DNA from: Schmidtea polychroa
Lineage: Eukaryota
Direction of reading: 5' to 3'
NCBI GenBank assembly: GCA_044892525.1
Contig: CM097885.1
Span: 218,426,001-218,490,000 of the forward strand
DNA length: 64,000 bases
A program made the translations under genes and the position numbers. The notes below the pieces were generated by a model. It was not told where the DNA came from. It made no database searches and was given only the letters and a program-made list of their open reading frames with translations. Shown piece by piece: positions 12,473 to 27,130 of the stretch (the stretch's first letter is position 1; each line of letters begins with the position of its first letter).

Positions 12473-13299
12473 TAAGTTGGAGTATACTAATATTATATAA
12501 TCTAACTAATTAGAAATACAGCGAAAAAATGGTATCATAATATGAAATCAAGAAAGGTTTATTAAATTATAACATGAATTCGCGTAAATTTACACCAATG
12601 TTCATTGTCGGAAAAAGAACCACTATATTTAACAATGCATTTTAAACAAATTCAATTATAGAATATAAAAGGCTGATCATCATTTATTTCCCAAACTGAT
12701 TTTCCTCAAGTAATATTATAACATCAATTAAATAGCTATTTTTTATGATCTATCAATTTTAGAGTAACCCACTGGTCCTTCACTGATCGACACCACTATT
12801 TAATGTTACCAACATGGGTTTTGTAAAACACAATACAATTAATTATAAAAAAAATAATTTCTCAAAACCAAGAAAATGAATAAACTTGATGCATAGCCAT
12901 GCGGAAATGGAAATGTCTTTTTTTATTATACATATTTTTGCTTTATTTATTATAAAATTTATTATTACATTTTAATTCTAATAAAATAAAATTTACATGC
13001 ATTTTTCCCCATTATTATTCATATAATAAATGACTCGCGGTTTGATTAAAAAAAATTAACTCGATTTTGGAGATATGAGCCGCCCAGAATAAAAATATTC
13101 GAGTCATCAGATTAAAACTAGAATAATTTCGAAATTAACGATTCGATTTCGTTAGTTTTTTTAGTTAAATTCCTAGGCGAATAAATTCTCAAAACAAACA
13201 AAAATTTGATGATCGGTTTTCAAATTAAATCTTAAATTCAAAAAATGTTTTTATGATGCATATGTCAACATTGTTCAATTATTTTTGAGGCAATCAATT

Positions 13300-13850
13300 G
13301 GAACTCGTTCTCTGTAAGATATCAATTTGAAAATTTCTCCTAAAACCATATTATGAATCCAGAGTCTAGACTAGCGTATGAAATGAGTCGTCTAATTTTC
13401 TTCTCCTATTCCTTTTCCAGAGTAATAAAGAATAGGAACTTAGGACAACTTTGTTTTCAATGTTTGGAAAGTTTTATTACACTCATTTGTCCAAATTATA
13501 TCTTTATCATATCCTGATGTCGTTGCAAGTCTTAAATATTACTTTACGAATTTCATGTAATAATTTGTAAGTCAGAGAAATGAACTTAACAGTTTCAAAC
13601 ATTTTGATACTTCTGCTTTTTCAATTTTTTCGACTTTTTCTGTTTGTGTGGATACAATTTCCGATAATTGTGTATCAAGAAAGCATAATTTTCTTTTGTT
13701 GAATTTAAATTGTTCTGGGTTAATTTTCAATCTCACCTTCTGAATTTTTTTAAATATTTCTTTCAATAATTTATTGTGTTTATTTTAGTCTTTTCTATAT
13801 ATCATAATGACACCAAGATAAACAATTAATCCTCTGAATAAAATAAGAAC
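13300..13850 (-). mobile_element. Gypsy LTR-retrotransposon RT/connection remnant
   Basis: IVYLGVIMIY (decayed YLDD), KLLKEIFKKIQKVRLKINPEQFKF...FL, LSSFL-GLTNYY.KFV, WTNECNKTFQTLKTKLS*VPIL; multiple stops. Confidence 0.8.
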
Positions 13851-16689
13851 AAATATATTTGTAGAATGTAGATTATTTATGTTGAGCTTTGACCAGTTTA
13901 GTTCAAGAAAATCATATATACAAAAAATCATTAAAACAATTGTGGACCTGGTGGGTAACTTTTTTTAACGGACCGCAAAGGGTTAAAATAAAAATATTAT
14001 CCTAATTTACATTTGAAAGCTTTCTCTGATAAAATTTGGTCCAAAAAATTTTACAAAAATTGTTTTAAGTAGCAAATCGCTTGAAAAGAAAATTAGTTGT
14101 ATTTAATATTTAATATCGTTAAATCTTTTACATTTTTCATCATAAATTTTCTTTTTATTAACAAATCATTTAATATATGATGCAGCAAATTTCGACTTTT
14201 AGTGCTGCAACACTAGCGATAAAATTAACTTGGTTGCTTTATTTACAATGCCTTCTTGCAGCTAGAAAAGCATTAATCAATTTAAATTTTAAAATTAAAA
14301 AATATACAAATAAAACACCATGGTATTTGTTTTTACAAAAATCGAGTTTCTGAAGATTTTGAGCGACCTTTATAGAAGTTACAAATTACAGGTTGAAAAA
14401 ATCTGTTATGATATAATTAAATATTACAAAATTTAATTAAATGAAAATAAACTTTTTGATATACAATGCAACTGACCTTGAAATTTGATAATTAATGTAC
14501 AAATAGAGATAATATTGTAATATTCAGATGAAATTTTTTGAGAAAAAGATCTAATAAGTACATTAAAGTCAACTAAATAACAATCAATCAAAAACTATAA
14601 ATGTTAATAACTAGTAAAATATCATTACGGTCAGAGCACAGAGTGTCAGAATGTATAAAATAATATAATTCATAAATTTGAGTAAAGTTCTTTTTTCAGA
14701 ATTTTTAAGACAAAATATGTCAATTTTTAAAATTTCTTAAACTCATTCCTTTTGCGCAAATATTCTAGTGATATAAAGATATTAACTTTTTCAAACTGTA
14801 ATACAGAATTGGTAAATACCAAAATACTTATTATTTATTTTTAATTCTATGTTAAATACAAGTTAATTACAATTATAACGTTTTTAGTAATATTTATATT
14901 TTATATAAGATAAAAGCAAATTAACATTATTAGTTTGAAAAGTCATTTTTAATAAAAAACAGAAAGTATATTCAAGATACGCGAGACAAAATCTCTATAT
15001 TTTTAATATGGTAGCAGCGAATGTGGATATGGGTGCCAATTAATCATTAGCATCCGAATGATCGAATTTTCCAAATTTTAAACAGATGGCGAAATCATTA
15101 TTTTAATACACTTTCATCATATCCTGTAAACTTAATCATAGTTACTTCTTTTGTGAAGATTGTTGTAAAGATTGAGACATGAAAGAGAAGTAATTAATAA
15201 GTAATTAGAAGTTCAACCAATAGGGAAGTAAATCACCACATAAAAAGGGAATCAAACGAAAGTAAATTCAAATAAAATCACTATTGCCAAATGTATGAAT
15301 TGTTCTGATGAAAATATAACTAAATCTGAATAACGTATAGTAACTACATAAAAAGATTTACTGAACGCTATATATATATTATATCCGTGTTCAACAAAGA
15401 CAAAGCCAATTTGAAAAATAATATTAAAGTAGTAATATATAATGTGCCTATCATAATTAAGAAACTAATTCGAAAACTTGAAACAATAGCTTAAAAAACA
15501 GATATGAATAGATGATACAAAAATTTGAATATAAAATATCTTTAGTATTTATTTATAAATAATTTACATGATTAAATTTATGTTTTCCTTTCTCTACTTT
15601 CATTTAATTACATTCAAATATTTTGTTATTTTAATCCATTTTCAGTAAAATAATTTTATTTGGTCACTCTTGATCTGTTTTTATTCTTTTAAAATTTCTT
15701 TTTTACTCATTTTGATTATATATCAATATTTATCAAATATTTTCCCATTTTTTTTATTAAACCAGTGTTCGAAAATCATTCTTGAAGCAGAATCATACTT
15801 ACGAAGTTGTTGCTTTACTTAAAGGTAAATTGAAACAATAATCTCATTCCTGAAAGTTACTAGAGGAACCGAAAATAATCCAAGCCGTTTTACCGTTTAT
15901 TTGTAAAATTCCCAAATATGATTCATTAATAATTTCAATTTTATGTTTCAATGTAAAATTAATACATAATATTTACAAAAATATTAACGAAGAACAAATC
16001 TAAAATAAATAATCAAATTTTGCAAATAAATAAATTGATATTTGAAAAGCGAGATAGGTGACTCTATTGGTGGTTACAAATTCCAGATGTTTAAAATTTT
16101 GCCAATAAAAAATATCTCTCAAATTTTTGTAAATTTAATAAAAATAAATCTATCCTTTGTAAACACAATGGCCAAAGAAAAGATTATATATAAGATTTTT
16201 GTTATATTAATACATAATATTCATTAGAATAATTTCAACTCTTATAATATAATATTCTAAACAACGTTTTCTAAATTAATATTCTTAAACAATAATAGTT
16301 CGCTCCTAAAGAAAGAATATTTATTAATCTTTTCAAGAATCAATGGCGAGGGGAGATTAAAAATTTTCTGGCATTGAATAATAAAAACAAATTACAATTA
16401 TAGTAAATTATAGTAAAATTGAATCATAAAACTATCTGTGTAAAATAAATTAAAGACATCTTTTGCTAAAATAAATTTCAGCATCAAACACTAAATAAAA
16501 TTCAAAAAGAAATGATCAAATTTATAAGTTAATCAAATAAAAAAAGATCAATTTAAAATTTTCTAAACATTAATTATATTTTGATTTTTATTCCTAATGA
16601 TTCTTAAAGTTTACTTCCTTAAAATTTTATCTAGTTATTAATTATTGTTAAAAAGAAAATATTGTTAAGGTCAATAATAAATGATCGGG

Positions 16690-16860
16690 CTGGTGATCTC
16701 ATTGATCTTCATCTTCCGGAAATTCGATTTCAAACTCAATACATTGGTGAGCTGCATATTTCCACTCATTTTCTGCTTTTGGTCGTGATAAAGATATCAT
16801 CTACATATATTGGTTAGAAACCGATGGATTGTATGGTACTCAGTCTTTATCGTTCGAGAT
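16690..16860 (-). mobile_element. Penelope-like RT remnant (continues at about 19560-19630 on the far side of the hAT insertion)
   Basis: YVDDIFI and IEFEIE on the minus strand here; SFDVVS motif at about 19570-19595. Confidence 0.5.
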
Positions 16861-16882
16861 TATCTATAAATATGATTAATAA

Positions 16883-19454
16883 TAGGGTTGGGAATACCGG
16901 ACCAAAAATCCAATACCGGTATTTCGGTATTGAAAATTTGAAATCCCGGGATCCCGGTATTATTATTTTTCCTATAATAATACGAATGAAAAAATAATTT
17001 AATTAAAAAAAACTAAATTTATTTATTTAAAGAATAAAAAATGGAAAAACAAAATTCAGTAAAATGTTAGTTATATATATTAATTATAAGAAAAGGAAGA
17101 AGACATAAAATTTTAAGGTTCTGTCGAAAAAGTTCTCTCCGATTCTACACTGGTCGGTTGAATACTTAGCAAATAATTATATAATAAAGTTAAGTATTTG
17201 CCTCTTAAGCCATTTGTCTCGAAAAATGACATTTCTTTTTTTATTGAGCGTGTGAGATCATTTTTGTTTTGGTCTATTCCACTTTCAGGTAATCTGGTGC
17301 AAATTTTTTTTGATATTGCCCTCTCCAACTTTTCTTGTAAAGTCAGAGATATTTCATTTCTTTGATCTTCTTCATCATCATCGACATTGAATATTATATT
17401 TGTATCTGAATTTGAAACGTTGACTGAAGTAGATGTTGTTGCTACAGGTGCAGCTTCATAATGCAAGTTGGTCACACCCAGACGTTGTATCTGTAGAACA
17501 ATAACTTTTGCGATTGCAGCTTTGGTAATGATCGGAAATAATTCATAATCTTTATCTGCTTCATCATCGCTTGGATTTTCATTGCAGTTTGCATCATGTA
17601 AATATTGCAAAATACTTGAAATTTCTGTTCGTCTTTCAAGAATAAAGCTGCTTTCAATTTATAACCTAATGAACATGGATAGTCAGTTATTGATTTCATC
17701 ATAAATTGAATAGCAGCATCTGCAGATAACAAAGTTACATCCTGTCGACAGATTGCTTCAACTGTAAGCTTAATGGGAAGTAAAACTGAAAGGATATCCG
17801 ACAACATTTCAAACTCGGCACCTGAAAACAAAATAGGTGATTTTAAATCTATTAGACTCTTTTTGATGCAATTTTTTAATTTGATGAAACGTTCTATCAT
17901 AGACACCAAACTATTCCATCGTGTTCTTGAGTCTAAAACCAGAGAAAATTCTTTCCCCAACTCTTCTTTCATATAGTTTTGTAGGATTTTGTCATTTTTT
18001 GTAGGCGAAGTTCGAAATATTTTGACCACTTTACGAACTTTTTTAATTAATGGTAACATTTGCTGATGTACCAGAAAAGAATTATCATCATCATTTTCAA
18101 TGGCGATTATGAGTAAACCATTTTCATTTTCGTAATCTTCATCAATTAATTCGTCGTCATCTGTGAAATTCTGCTCTTTTTCAAATCTGGGTGTGGGAAC
18201 AGATGTGACATTGGCATCTTCTTCATTATGCAGGATAGCCTCATTAATAAGTATTTTGTAGAGTACGCTGATAACAGTCAACTGAATTCCATGCGCTAAA
18301 CATAGCTGCTGATGTGCTTCAATTGACCTGTCAACCTTTGTCATAACTGCAGCGCCATTAGTGGTAATACCTACAATATTCTTCGCCGAAAGCTCAAAAT
18401 CACCTAACCTATCATTCACAAGCTCAACACATTTTTCTGCTGGAATTGTTCCAAAAGCACGAATCAATCCTAGATTCCAAAATTCTTTGTCAGAGTGGAC
18501 ATTAATATTTATGTAACGTCTATTTCTTACCGATGTCCATTCATCGAAAGTAAGAGAAAATCTGTTTCCATTAGCAATTCTGCACAATAATTCTTTAATT
18601 ACTTGATCTCGTATATTTCGGCTGTAATTCAAAACCATTTTTTTATTGTTTTGTGATCCTTTGGTATGTTAGATAAACCATCACACGCAGTCATCCTAGC
18701 TAAAATAGCTGGCAATGAGTCATCCATTTTATCACTTTTAAAAAAGTTGTTTATAGTTACAGAAGGTTTTGATTACTGTACAAATTCTGAAGAATCTAAA
18801 ACAGCGGTGCTACCTACATCTCTTTTCAATAAATTGATTTCATGAATTGTTTTTTAAATGGGTATGAAGACCACTTGTAGAACCTCCATGTGTTTTTATT
18901 ATTCTCTTACACAATTTGCATTAGCACACTGTCCTGCTTTTTCTCTTAGAAAATGAAACCATGGTGAATTTTTATCATTTGCTTTGAAATGCTCATCAAA
19001 ATCTTGAATATTCATATCGGTGTAAAGTACAAATTTTCTAAAAGTTCGAAACACGATAATAAAATGTATAATTCATATTCTGATTAAAAAGAAAATATTT
19101 TAATTACCGTTTCGAATATTATATAATAATATTTTAATTTAACTATTATAGTACGTAAAAATAACCTATATCATATAACCACAATTTAATTTTATACAAT
19201 GAATTTTGTTTCGATTTATAAAAACAATTAAACTTTTCATATAATACTAGATTGCTGTTTTTTCGCATTAAGAAATAATAATGCAAATATTTTTTTTTGT
19301 AGTAAAAAACCATAAAAAACATTATATTGGTGAAATTATATCACAATATTGGTGAAATTATTTCGAATAATGAAATTATTTCGATTACCGAAATACCGGT
19401 ATTTCGGCAACTATATATTGTTCCAAATACCGGGATCGCGGTTTTCCTAACATA
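16883..19454 (-). mobile_element. hAT (Ac/hobo group) element with decayed BED-finger transposase
   Basis: TAGGGTTGGGAATACCGG end, degenerate partner ending 19454, TSD ATTAATAA/ATTGGTAA, ATACCGGTATTTCGG subterminal repeats at both ends. Frameshifted transposase about 19016-17113 (BED WFHF..C..C..GSTSGLHTHL, FSLTFDEWTS, CLAHGIQL, DSRTRWNSL, QPTSVESERTFS). Confidence 0.9.
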
Positions 19455-19958
19455 ATTGGTAACAATCCTGAGATAACAGTAAGAAGTTTGATGATATATT
19501 CTGAATTCATTTTTTAATTAATAAGTTACTTTCTCTTAACTTTTTTAAGGTATTTAATAGTATCTATTGGGTCGATACGACATCAAAACTGAAGTGGTAT
19601 TTGAATTCTCTATATGTAGTTTCGTTGTATGTTAAATAAAATATTATGTTTCGCCATCTTATATATTTAAGAATTATTTTACAATTATGTTTTTGTGATT
19701 TGAGATGAAAAAACATTATTTTTAAATAAAAATTAAATTATAAATACATAAAATGAGATGGGCGTGATAATATTTAGGAATTTTAAGGGGATAATAATAA
19801 TAATAATAATAAATATCAATTGATAATAAATATTTCTATAATCGACATTTTTTTCATTTTATTCAATATATACTTTGCAGAAAAAGGCTTATATTATGAT
19901 TTATTTGTTTAGCATTTAATTAATGCTGCTATCAAGAAACGATCACTTTATATTTTGA

Positions 19959-19959
<1 letters not shown>

Positions 19960-20025
<66 letters not shown>
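19960..20025. repeat. (TTA)n microsatellite
   Basis: About 22 consecutive TTA units. Confidence 0.95.
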
Positions 20026-20290
20026 ATAAACAATGAAGAAATTATAACATTAACACATTAAATTTAATAGGTAAAGCGATAAAAATTTAAATTCATAGAT
20101 TTGCGACTCCGTTATATGAAGTGATATTTGCAAACTATTTGACATTATCAGTGTTTATAAAACAACCAGTAAAACATCAACACAATTCCAAGATTAGATG
20201 AAATCGATTATGAGATTTAGCATTTATAATTAAATTAAGCAAAAATGATAATTTGGACTTTTAAGTAAATAGGCAACAAATTATTCTAAC

Positions 20291-20523
20291 CCGTCCTTCC
20301 GGATCGACCAACAATAAATGTTTAAATTGACCATTTTGTTTACCACTTAAGACATATTGATTTATTTGTTGCGTACTGTCTCGCACCAGGAAATCGCCAT
20401 CAAATTTCAGCAGTTTTTCGGCTTGACTCCTGGTCAGAGCTCCGAGGTACCAAGTTTCGTTGTAAGGACAATGTGATTTGACTGGAGGTTGAGAATGCTG
20501 ATTTGGATTAATAATCGATGTGA
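20291..20523 (-). CDS. SHC: Shc-family adaptor exon (end of CH1 plus N-terminal half of SH2)
   Basis: [26 protein letters not shown]...[21 protein letters not shown]|gt. Acceptor phase 1 matches the exon ending at 21717. Confidence 0.95.
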
Positions 20524-20979
20524 CTAGCAAAAAGTATTCAAATTATTCAATTGTTAATTTTTTTTAATTTTATAAAATTCAAATGTTTCCAAGTACTTTG
20601 TAACAGCACTTTCAACACTTTTTACCTATCATAACACCGTTATTTTGCCGCGTAGAAAAAAATATTAATATTAATAATAATAATAATAATTATTATTATT
20701 AATATTATTATAATAATTAAAATAATAATAATATTAAAACAAATACTTATAATAAAATAATAATAATAAAATATAAAAATAGTCATAATAATTGAAAGAT
20801 GTACTTATAAATATTAATATATTCGGTTATTTGTGGTACGCTGAAATTGTATAATTACATTGTTCGGAATAATATCTATTATTAGTTAAATTCTCTACAT
20901 ATATTATATTGGAAAATTGTTTTTGTTTTAATTATATATGATTGAAACAACTTATGAATAAAATAAATTCTTCTTACAC

Positions 20980-21480
20980 GGCGACCACAGGGATGCTGCA
21001 ATTTATTCGATCGCCTAAAATATTTGAAGTTGGCGATGACTTGGAAAAACTTTTGAATTTACTTTAACGTCAGAAGATCACAGAAGAAGGCGTTTATATC
21101 AATGGAAGCAACTCGAAAATTTAGCCAAACAGATGCTGAGAATCCAAATGCTTTCAGAAAAACATCAAATTTGACAGCTGATCTCAATGCTGCTTTAACT
21201 TATCGAAGAGGTGATTCAATTATGGAATGTTTAAAGAAAATCGAAAAGTTAGCAAAAAATGTAGTTCAACATAACCTGAAATAAGGTGATCTGAAAGTAT
21301 TTTTAATTAAAAATGTCAATGAAGATCATGAAACGGAGAAAGACTTGAAATTACAAAGCCTGAAAAAGTTCGAAGAAATGAAATATAGAATTATCAGATT
21401 TAATGAAATAAAAAAGAAGCAGAAAATCAAAATATTTTGATATTCAGCTTGTGCAGAAATATTATACAAAAGCTGCAATG
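20980..21480 (+). mobile_element. Possible LTR-retrotransposon gag remnant in a Shc intron
   Basis: PBS-like GGCGACCAC followed by MLQFIRSPKIFEVGDDLE and broken helical ORFs; weak. Confidence 0.3.
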
Positions 21481-21716
21481 TTAAATTTTGTTTAGATAAA
21501 TTTTATTTTAGTAGAAATAAAATTTATCTAAACAAAATCTTTCAACTCGTTAAATATAAAATCCAAAAGATCTATTGAAATATCGAGTGGAATATTTTAT
21601 CAGATCAAGAAGGCAATGAGGGGTTATTGATCACGCTGATTATAAACTATTAGAAACCAGAAAAAACCTAAGTTCATTTTAGAAATCTAAGGAAAGATTA
21701 AATTTCAAATTATTAC

Positions 21717-21937
21717 TTTTAGTTGGAATATTAGAAAGAGTCTGGACTTCTTCTTGAGGTTGAATGGGCCTGAAACCCCATTCACTTTCTTTCTAAAACA
21801 AAGATCACGGGAAAAAATCTTATCAAGGATATCCAATCATAATTAGAAACCTGATGAGATTGAATCACCAGATCAGTATTTTGGCATCCATTAGCACTAT
21901 CTGGCATATTTGTTCCCAACAACGCTCTCTGATATTC
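21717..21937 (-). CDS. SHC: Shc-family adaptor CH1-linker exons 21851-21937 and 21717-21792
   Basis: tttag|EYQRALLG... continues DLRFR (cf. ELRFKQYLR). 58-nt GT-AG intron; phases 0/0/1 link PTB to SH2 exactly. Confidence 0.78.
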
Positions 21938-22123
21938 CTAAATAGACGGTGCAATATTCAATACGATTTTTCAGTAAATTTTTTTTAAATATTACCAATC
22001 AGTAAATTGTGGATATTATATAAATTTTGCTTATGAGATGAATCATTTTCTAATCATAAACAGGTAATAATTATTTAATCAACTGAAAATAGACTTAAAA
22101 TTAACGTACTTAACTTGTTCCAG

Positions 22124-22287
22124 GAGCAAGTTCGTTGTGCGAAAAAGTTCGTGATGTGAAATGCGCTTTTCCATAACAATACATGTTAAAATTTTTAATT
22201 CGTTCTGTAGCATAAAATATGGTACTGTAACATAAAAAATAGTCGCGTAATGGACGAAAAGAAGGTTCGTTGTGCGAAACATCACTG
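22124..22287 (-). mobile_element. Orphan Tigger-type terminus
   Basis: GTTCGTTGTGCGAAACATCACTG|TA with an internal repeat of GTTCGTTGTGCGAAA; partner end not seen. Confidence 0.6.
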
Positions 22288-25200
22288 TATAAACATAGAA
22301 TACAATATTTCATAAATTAAATCAAAACTCAATTAGTTCATCATAACTATATATAAATAAGGAGGCTGTAATAAAGGTCAACAATGTGTAATAAGATTTA
22401 AAATACAATTTTTTTAATTGAAATAAATATAAATGCAAGTTAAATAATATAAATATACTATACTAGTTTTGTTTTTATTATTATTATTATTAATATTATA
22501 TTATTCTTTCTATTAAATATTTTTTAGTCTATATAATTATAAGTATTATTCTATTTTTTAATATAAAAAAATGAACAATACAGTAAGAACAATTTAAAAA
22601 ATAATAATAATGTATGGATTTGCATATTTCGGGATACAATAGGAAATAACAATGGTTGTTGCAGCTAGGTAACGTTATATTAGGTCATGTTTCTCTGTAA
22701 GTTTACTTCATCTTACTCTACAATGCATTGTTTTATAACGCTCTGGAAACAATTATGGAACTCTGTTGAAATTTCAAGTGAGAAATCATGAATTGGCGAA
22801 AGATGTAATAGTGAAATAAATGTAGGATTACTTCTCTTTCTTCACAATAATTATATAATATTAATAAATTTATTTAAAAGTTTATGATTTGTATAAATAT
22901 TTCAAAATATTTCTATTTAAATAAAACTATGACATATTAAATGATTTTAATATTTTTGTGATTTAGTATGTACTTAACACCTTCACGAACAGTTCTTTTC
23001 ATGAGAAATTTATCACAATCACAATTTTTACCGGAGTATTCGCGAAAATTTTAAATTATATTAAAAAAATTATGTGCTTATTTTATCCATTTATGACGAC
23101 AGAAACCATCTACTAATATTTTAAAATAAAATTTGTCTGGAAATCAAAAATTTGATGTGGCTGCGGCTGCATATGCAGTAATTATCAGCGAAAGTGTTAT
23201 TAAATATGTTATTCGCTGTAATAGTAAAAACATTGGCGAAAATATCCGTTTACCGAAAGAGATCGTAACAAAATTCAACGATATTTGTTATAATAATATT
23301 GTATAATAATTGGTCACGCCCAAACAACCAGTTTGGTGTTTTAATGCCATGTGACATAGTTTGATGCATATTGTAGTTAGATTAAATCAAAAATAAAATC
23401 AAATTAAACATTTTAATAATAAAATTGCAAATTTTAAATAACTTCATTACATACACAATTGAATACTACATACGGATATTAGAAAATATTAATTACAGAA
23501 CCTTTTAAATATATTTGATGGTTGAGCCCGTTCAAGCATTACTTGATGATACAATATTGTTGTTTTTGCTTTACGAGTTTATTATATTAATATAATTTTA
23601 TTAAAAAGGCCCAAGTTGTAGCTTATATATACATTTGTTGAGGATAACTAAATAATAAACCAAAAATAATTATTAAATGAGTAAAATGATTGGGTGAAAT
23701 TATGATAAATGAATGAGATGTTGTTATTGAACTCAGTGAAATAGGAGAGAAAATGAGATACAGAAAAATGAGAATGGAATAGAAAATCATTAAATGCAGA
23801 CAATGCAGGTCATTCCTAATTAACAAGTAGAAGTTCAAAACAAAACAAAAAGCAAATACAAAGTTAAAATTATCTTATCTCAATAGCCTAATCGAGATAA
23901 AGAAAAGAAAAAAACATAAGTAATCCGAGAGATGAGTTAGGGATCGTCAAAAAATGTATATCTCAGTAGCTGTCAGAAATTACGGAGTGCCCAATGAAAC
24001 AGTTAAAAAATGAATACATTATCAATATGTGCCGTTATATGCAAGATATAAAAACTGGACACAAACTAAGAAAGGGGCGGAAAATTTGCTAGGAGATTTA
24101 AATTTGCGAGAAGATTTTAAATAAATTATTTAGAATCAGGAAAGTAGTTGGAAGAAAGACCAGAAGAAAATTTGCGTACTGAATTAATAAACCAGAAATA
24201 GTTGAGGAATTCATATCAAGTCAAAAGGCAATCAGATCAATTTTGCGAATCGCCCGTTACCGGCAGTGGACAAGTGGTTGTGTTCCCAGAGTATTATCAT
24301 TATTATGGTATTCCTCCGGAAAGGCTGTAATAAGCATCTGAAAAATTTGAAGTGTATTGAAAATTGGTATCGTTGAATTCGTGGTAATCAATTTTGATAA
24401 TCAAAAAAGTTTTACGTCTTTGGGATTTGTCATTGTTGTCATTAAATAACACACTCGGAGTCAGACAAGTAATTGGTAGTTTAATAATCACCGACCAACT
24501 ACAATATACCCAACACATTTACTTATTTGAAGTATAGTTTTTTCGTGACAGTATAAAATCAGAGTTCAATTTTCGGTTAGAGTACATAGATATTTATCGG
24601 CATTGCTTTAATTTGTTTTCATTTTTAATTTCTATTTGATAGTTTTTTCCTTGAAATTGATTGAGATGAAAGTCAGGTTCATGTCAACACATTAAATATA
24701 TTAAAAAATTCAGGTGAAGAATTACTAGAAGCATTTTCATAGTCAACCAAAGATGTAAAGAATCCTTTTCAAAGATTAGGTTCAGTTTAATTATTTTATG
24801 TTAATGGTTGATTTGGTTAAATTTATTCCTTCCTGGCAAACAAAACCTTGAAAAAGTAAGACCAATAACTCGAAACAGCTAAATCAGGTTTTTTTTGCTT
24901 TCAAATATCATATTTTGCATCAAGTCAGTGGATTAAAACAGTGATTCAGAACTAACTTAACTTAATTCGTATATATTAATCGGATTCTAATATTTAATAC
25001 GTCATCCGATTGAATAACGAATTCATATAGTTGATCTATCACTTCAATATATAAATGTTGCGCTGCCCTGATTTTAATCCCATGCCAAATCATGACTTAT
25101 TATAGAAAGCTATGTAATTCTATCCCTATTTCCATGAGATTATTAAATTAAAAATGTAATTTAAAACACAATTTAGTTTTGATATTTTAATAATTGAAAT

Positions 25201-26592
25201 AAAATGATTGCAATTAATTTGGTGTGAAATCTAACAATTTTTCCACAAAAATATTTACGCTTCTACATTGCGAAGCAACAATTATACTTACACTTACTAA
25301 TTTATTGAAATTTTCTGTCTGAACGTTGATTGCCAATTGAAACCAATTAACTAATTCAATTTTTAATTTGTTACACCAACTTTCAAATAAGTGAAATATT
25401 CTTGGAAAATCACTATTTAAAATGTTATTAAAATGATATCTCTCAAATTAAACAAATTTCGCAATTAAATTTCTCCTTACAGACACATTTCTTTTATCAT
25501 TAGTTCATTTAATACTGTTTCACTATATGCTCTGTCACTTTTTACATAAAATAGTAATTAGAATCCGATTATTTAAGGTGCCATTAAAATCTAGTTACTG
25601 TGAGATTCTCGATGAAGATCTTATTAAAAGGTTGACGTATGACATTGGAAGAATTCGGCAAATGTTTAGAGAACTATTTATCAAATTAGTTTTGGAAAAT
25701 TTTTAAAGAGAACCAATGCTTGTTTATTCTTTGTAATTGTATGTTTCTTAAAAATATCCCGAAAAAAATATATTCATGACATATATAAGGATTAGTTGTT
25801 AATCTGTTACATAAGTAATTGTGAAATAGTTTGAAAAACAAATAATTCATTTGAGTCTAAAATGACAAATAGGAGTTAATTAGGAAATTAAAAATTGATT
25901 GTCATATTGCCATATCGCTATTCTTATCTATTTCGACTGTTAAAAAGACATAGAAAGATATAGAAAGACCTTCAGAGTAACTATAATCGGTTTGTGGAGT
26001 AAATAACATTAATATAGCGTCTACGAATCATTAGCCTAAATTATGTGTCGGTTTTACAGATTAAAAGAAAAAGATAAGCAAGCAGTTGGGTAAATTTAAA
26101 TTATAAGATCGTGTCAAATTCATGTAAAATATATTATAAAGTAATATATATTAATTAACCGTGGGGCATTTGTTAGTGAAGTCTCAACTAGGGAATTTTA
26201 ATGATATATTCAAGGTATTATGGAATAGATCCTAAGAATTATCCAAAACACATTGGAAAATTTAGAGTCGGAAAAAATCGTTGTTTTGTAGGTTCTCGAA
26301 AATCGGCTTCTCACTTATAAAGAAATATAGAAATATAGATTTTCTGCACACTGAAAATAATCTTTTCTCGGTGAATCTGAACTCTTGTATTTTAAATTTT
26401 ATAAGAAACTAATCGGTAATTAATGATAATTAAAGAACAAGTAAGGATACAGACAATAGTTACATGACTTATTAAAAAATGGATGAAAATTAATGTATAA
26501 CATACGAGTCAATATACCATCGACTTATAAACGGGTCTTGAATTTAGTTGTGAATTTTCATTCTATAAAGCATATTTAGACTAATACATAGG

Positions 26593-27130
26593 TATGTGGT
26601 AAGGCTAAAAAGTCCTTAGACTGGAAAAAAGTTATTTTATATTTGTAATACAACACACATTCGACGACTTTAAAAAGAGTTCTGATGCTTTGGAATTTAG
26701 AAGTGAAATTCTGTTTTTACTTTTAAAGAAGGTAGAAAAGAAAGACATTCTTCAACAGATTGAAGAAGTTTATGGATTGGAGGTTCCTTCAAAAGCAACA
26801 GCATATAATTTAATTCGGGAATTTTTGTTCGGTAGAACAAATGCTTTTAACAGTCAAAGTAGTGGAATCCTGTAGAGATTGATGAAGAAAACATTGGAAA
26901 TTTTAAGGAAATTGTGTCTATGAAAATCACACAAAATAATTTGTCTGTAAAACTGAAAACTTATTCGATCAATCGGGAATCGTCTTACAGTCTTTAAAGG
27001 CATAGATGATAGATAGACGAAAAGTTCCAATTGCATCTCATCACTTTCTGTCAAATATCATGGCAGAGAATGAGACGTTTAGGCCTCTAAATACCACACT
27101 CTATATGATAATCTAAAAACTGAGTATTGC
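26593..27130 (+). mobile_element. mariner remnant
   Basis: TA-TGTGGTAAGGCTAAAAAGTCCTTAGACT end; ORF 26690-26875 EFRSEILFL...IEEVYG.EVPSKATAYNLIREFLFGRT (mariner HTH); decays downstream. Confidence 0.75.

Noticed and set aside
13960-13986. Orphan piggyBac-like end GACCGCAAAGGG|TTAA (other orphan TE ends near 37893, 42774, 55282, 58650, 61025 and 62099)
   Set aside because: No partner end or matching TSD identified, so element extent cannot be stated.
25590-25680. Minus-strand frame containing PMSYVNLL, resembling the Shc Y317 (YVNV) site
   Set aside because: The available AG/GT sites put that frame in phase 2/2, whereas an exon in this intron must be phase 0/0; probably chance.
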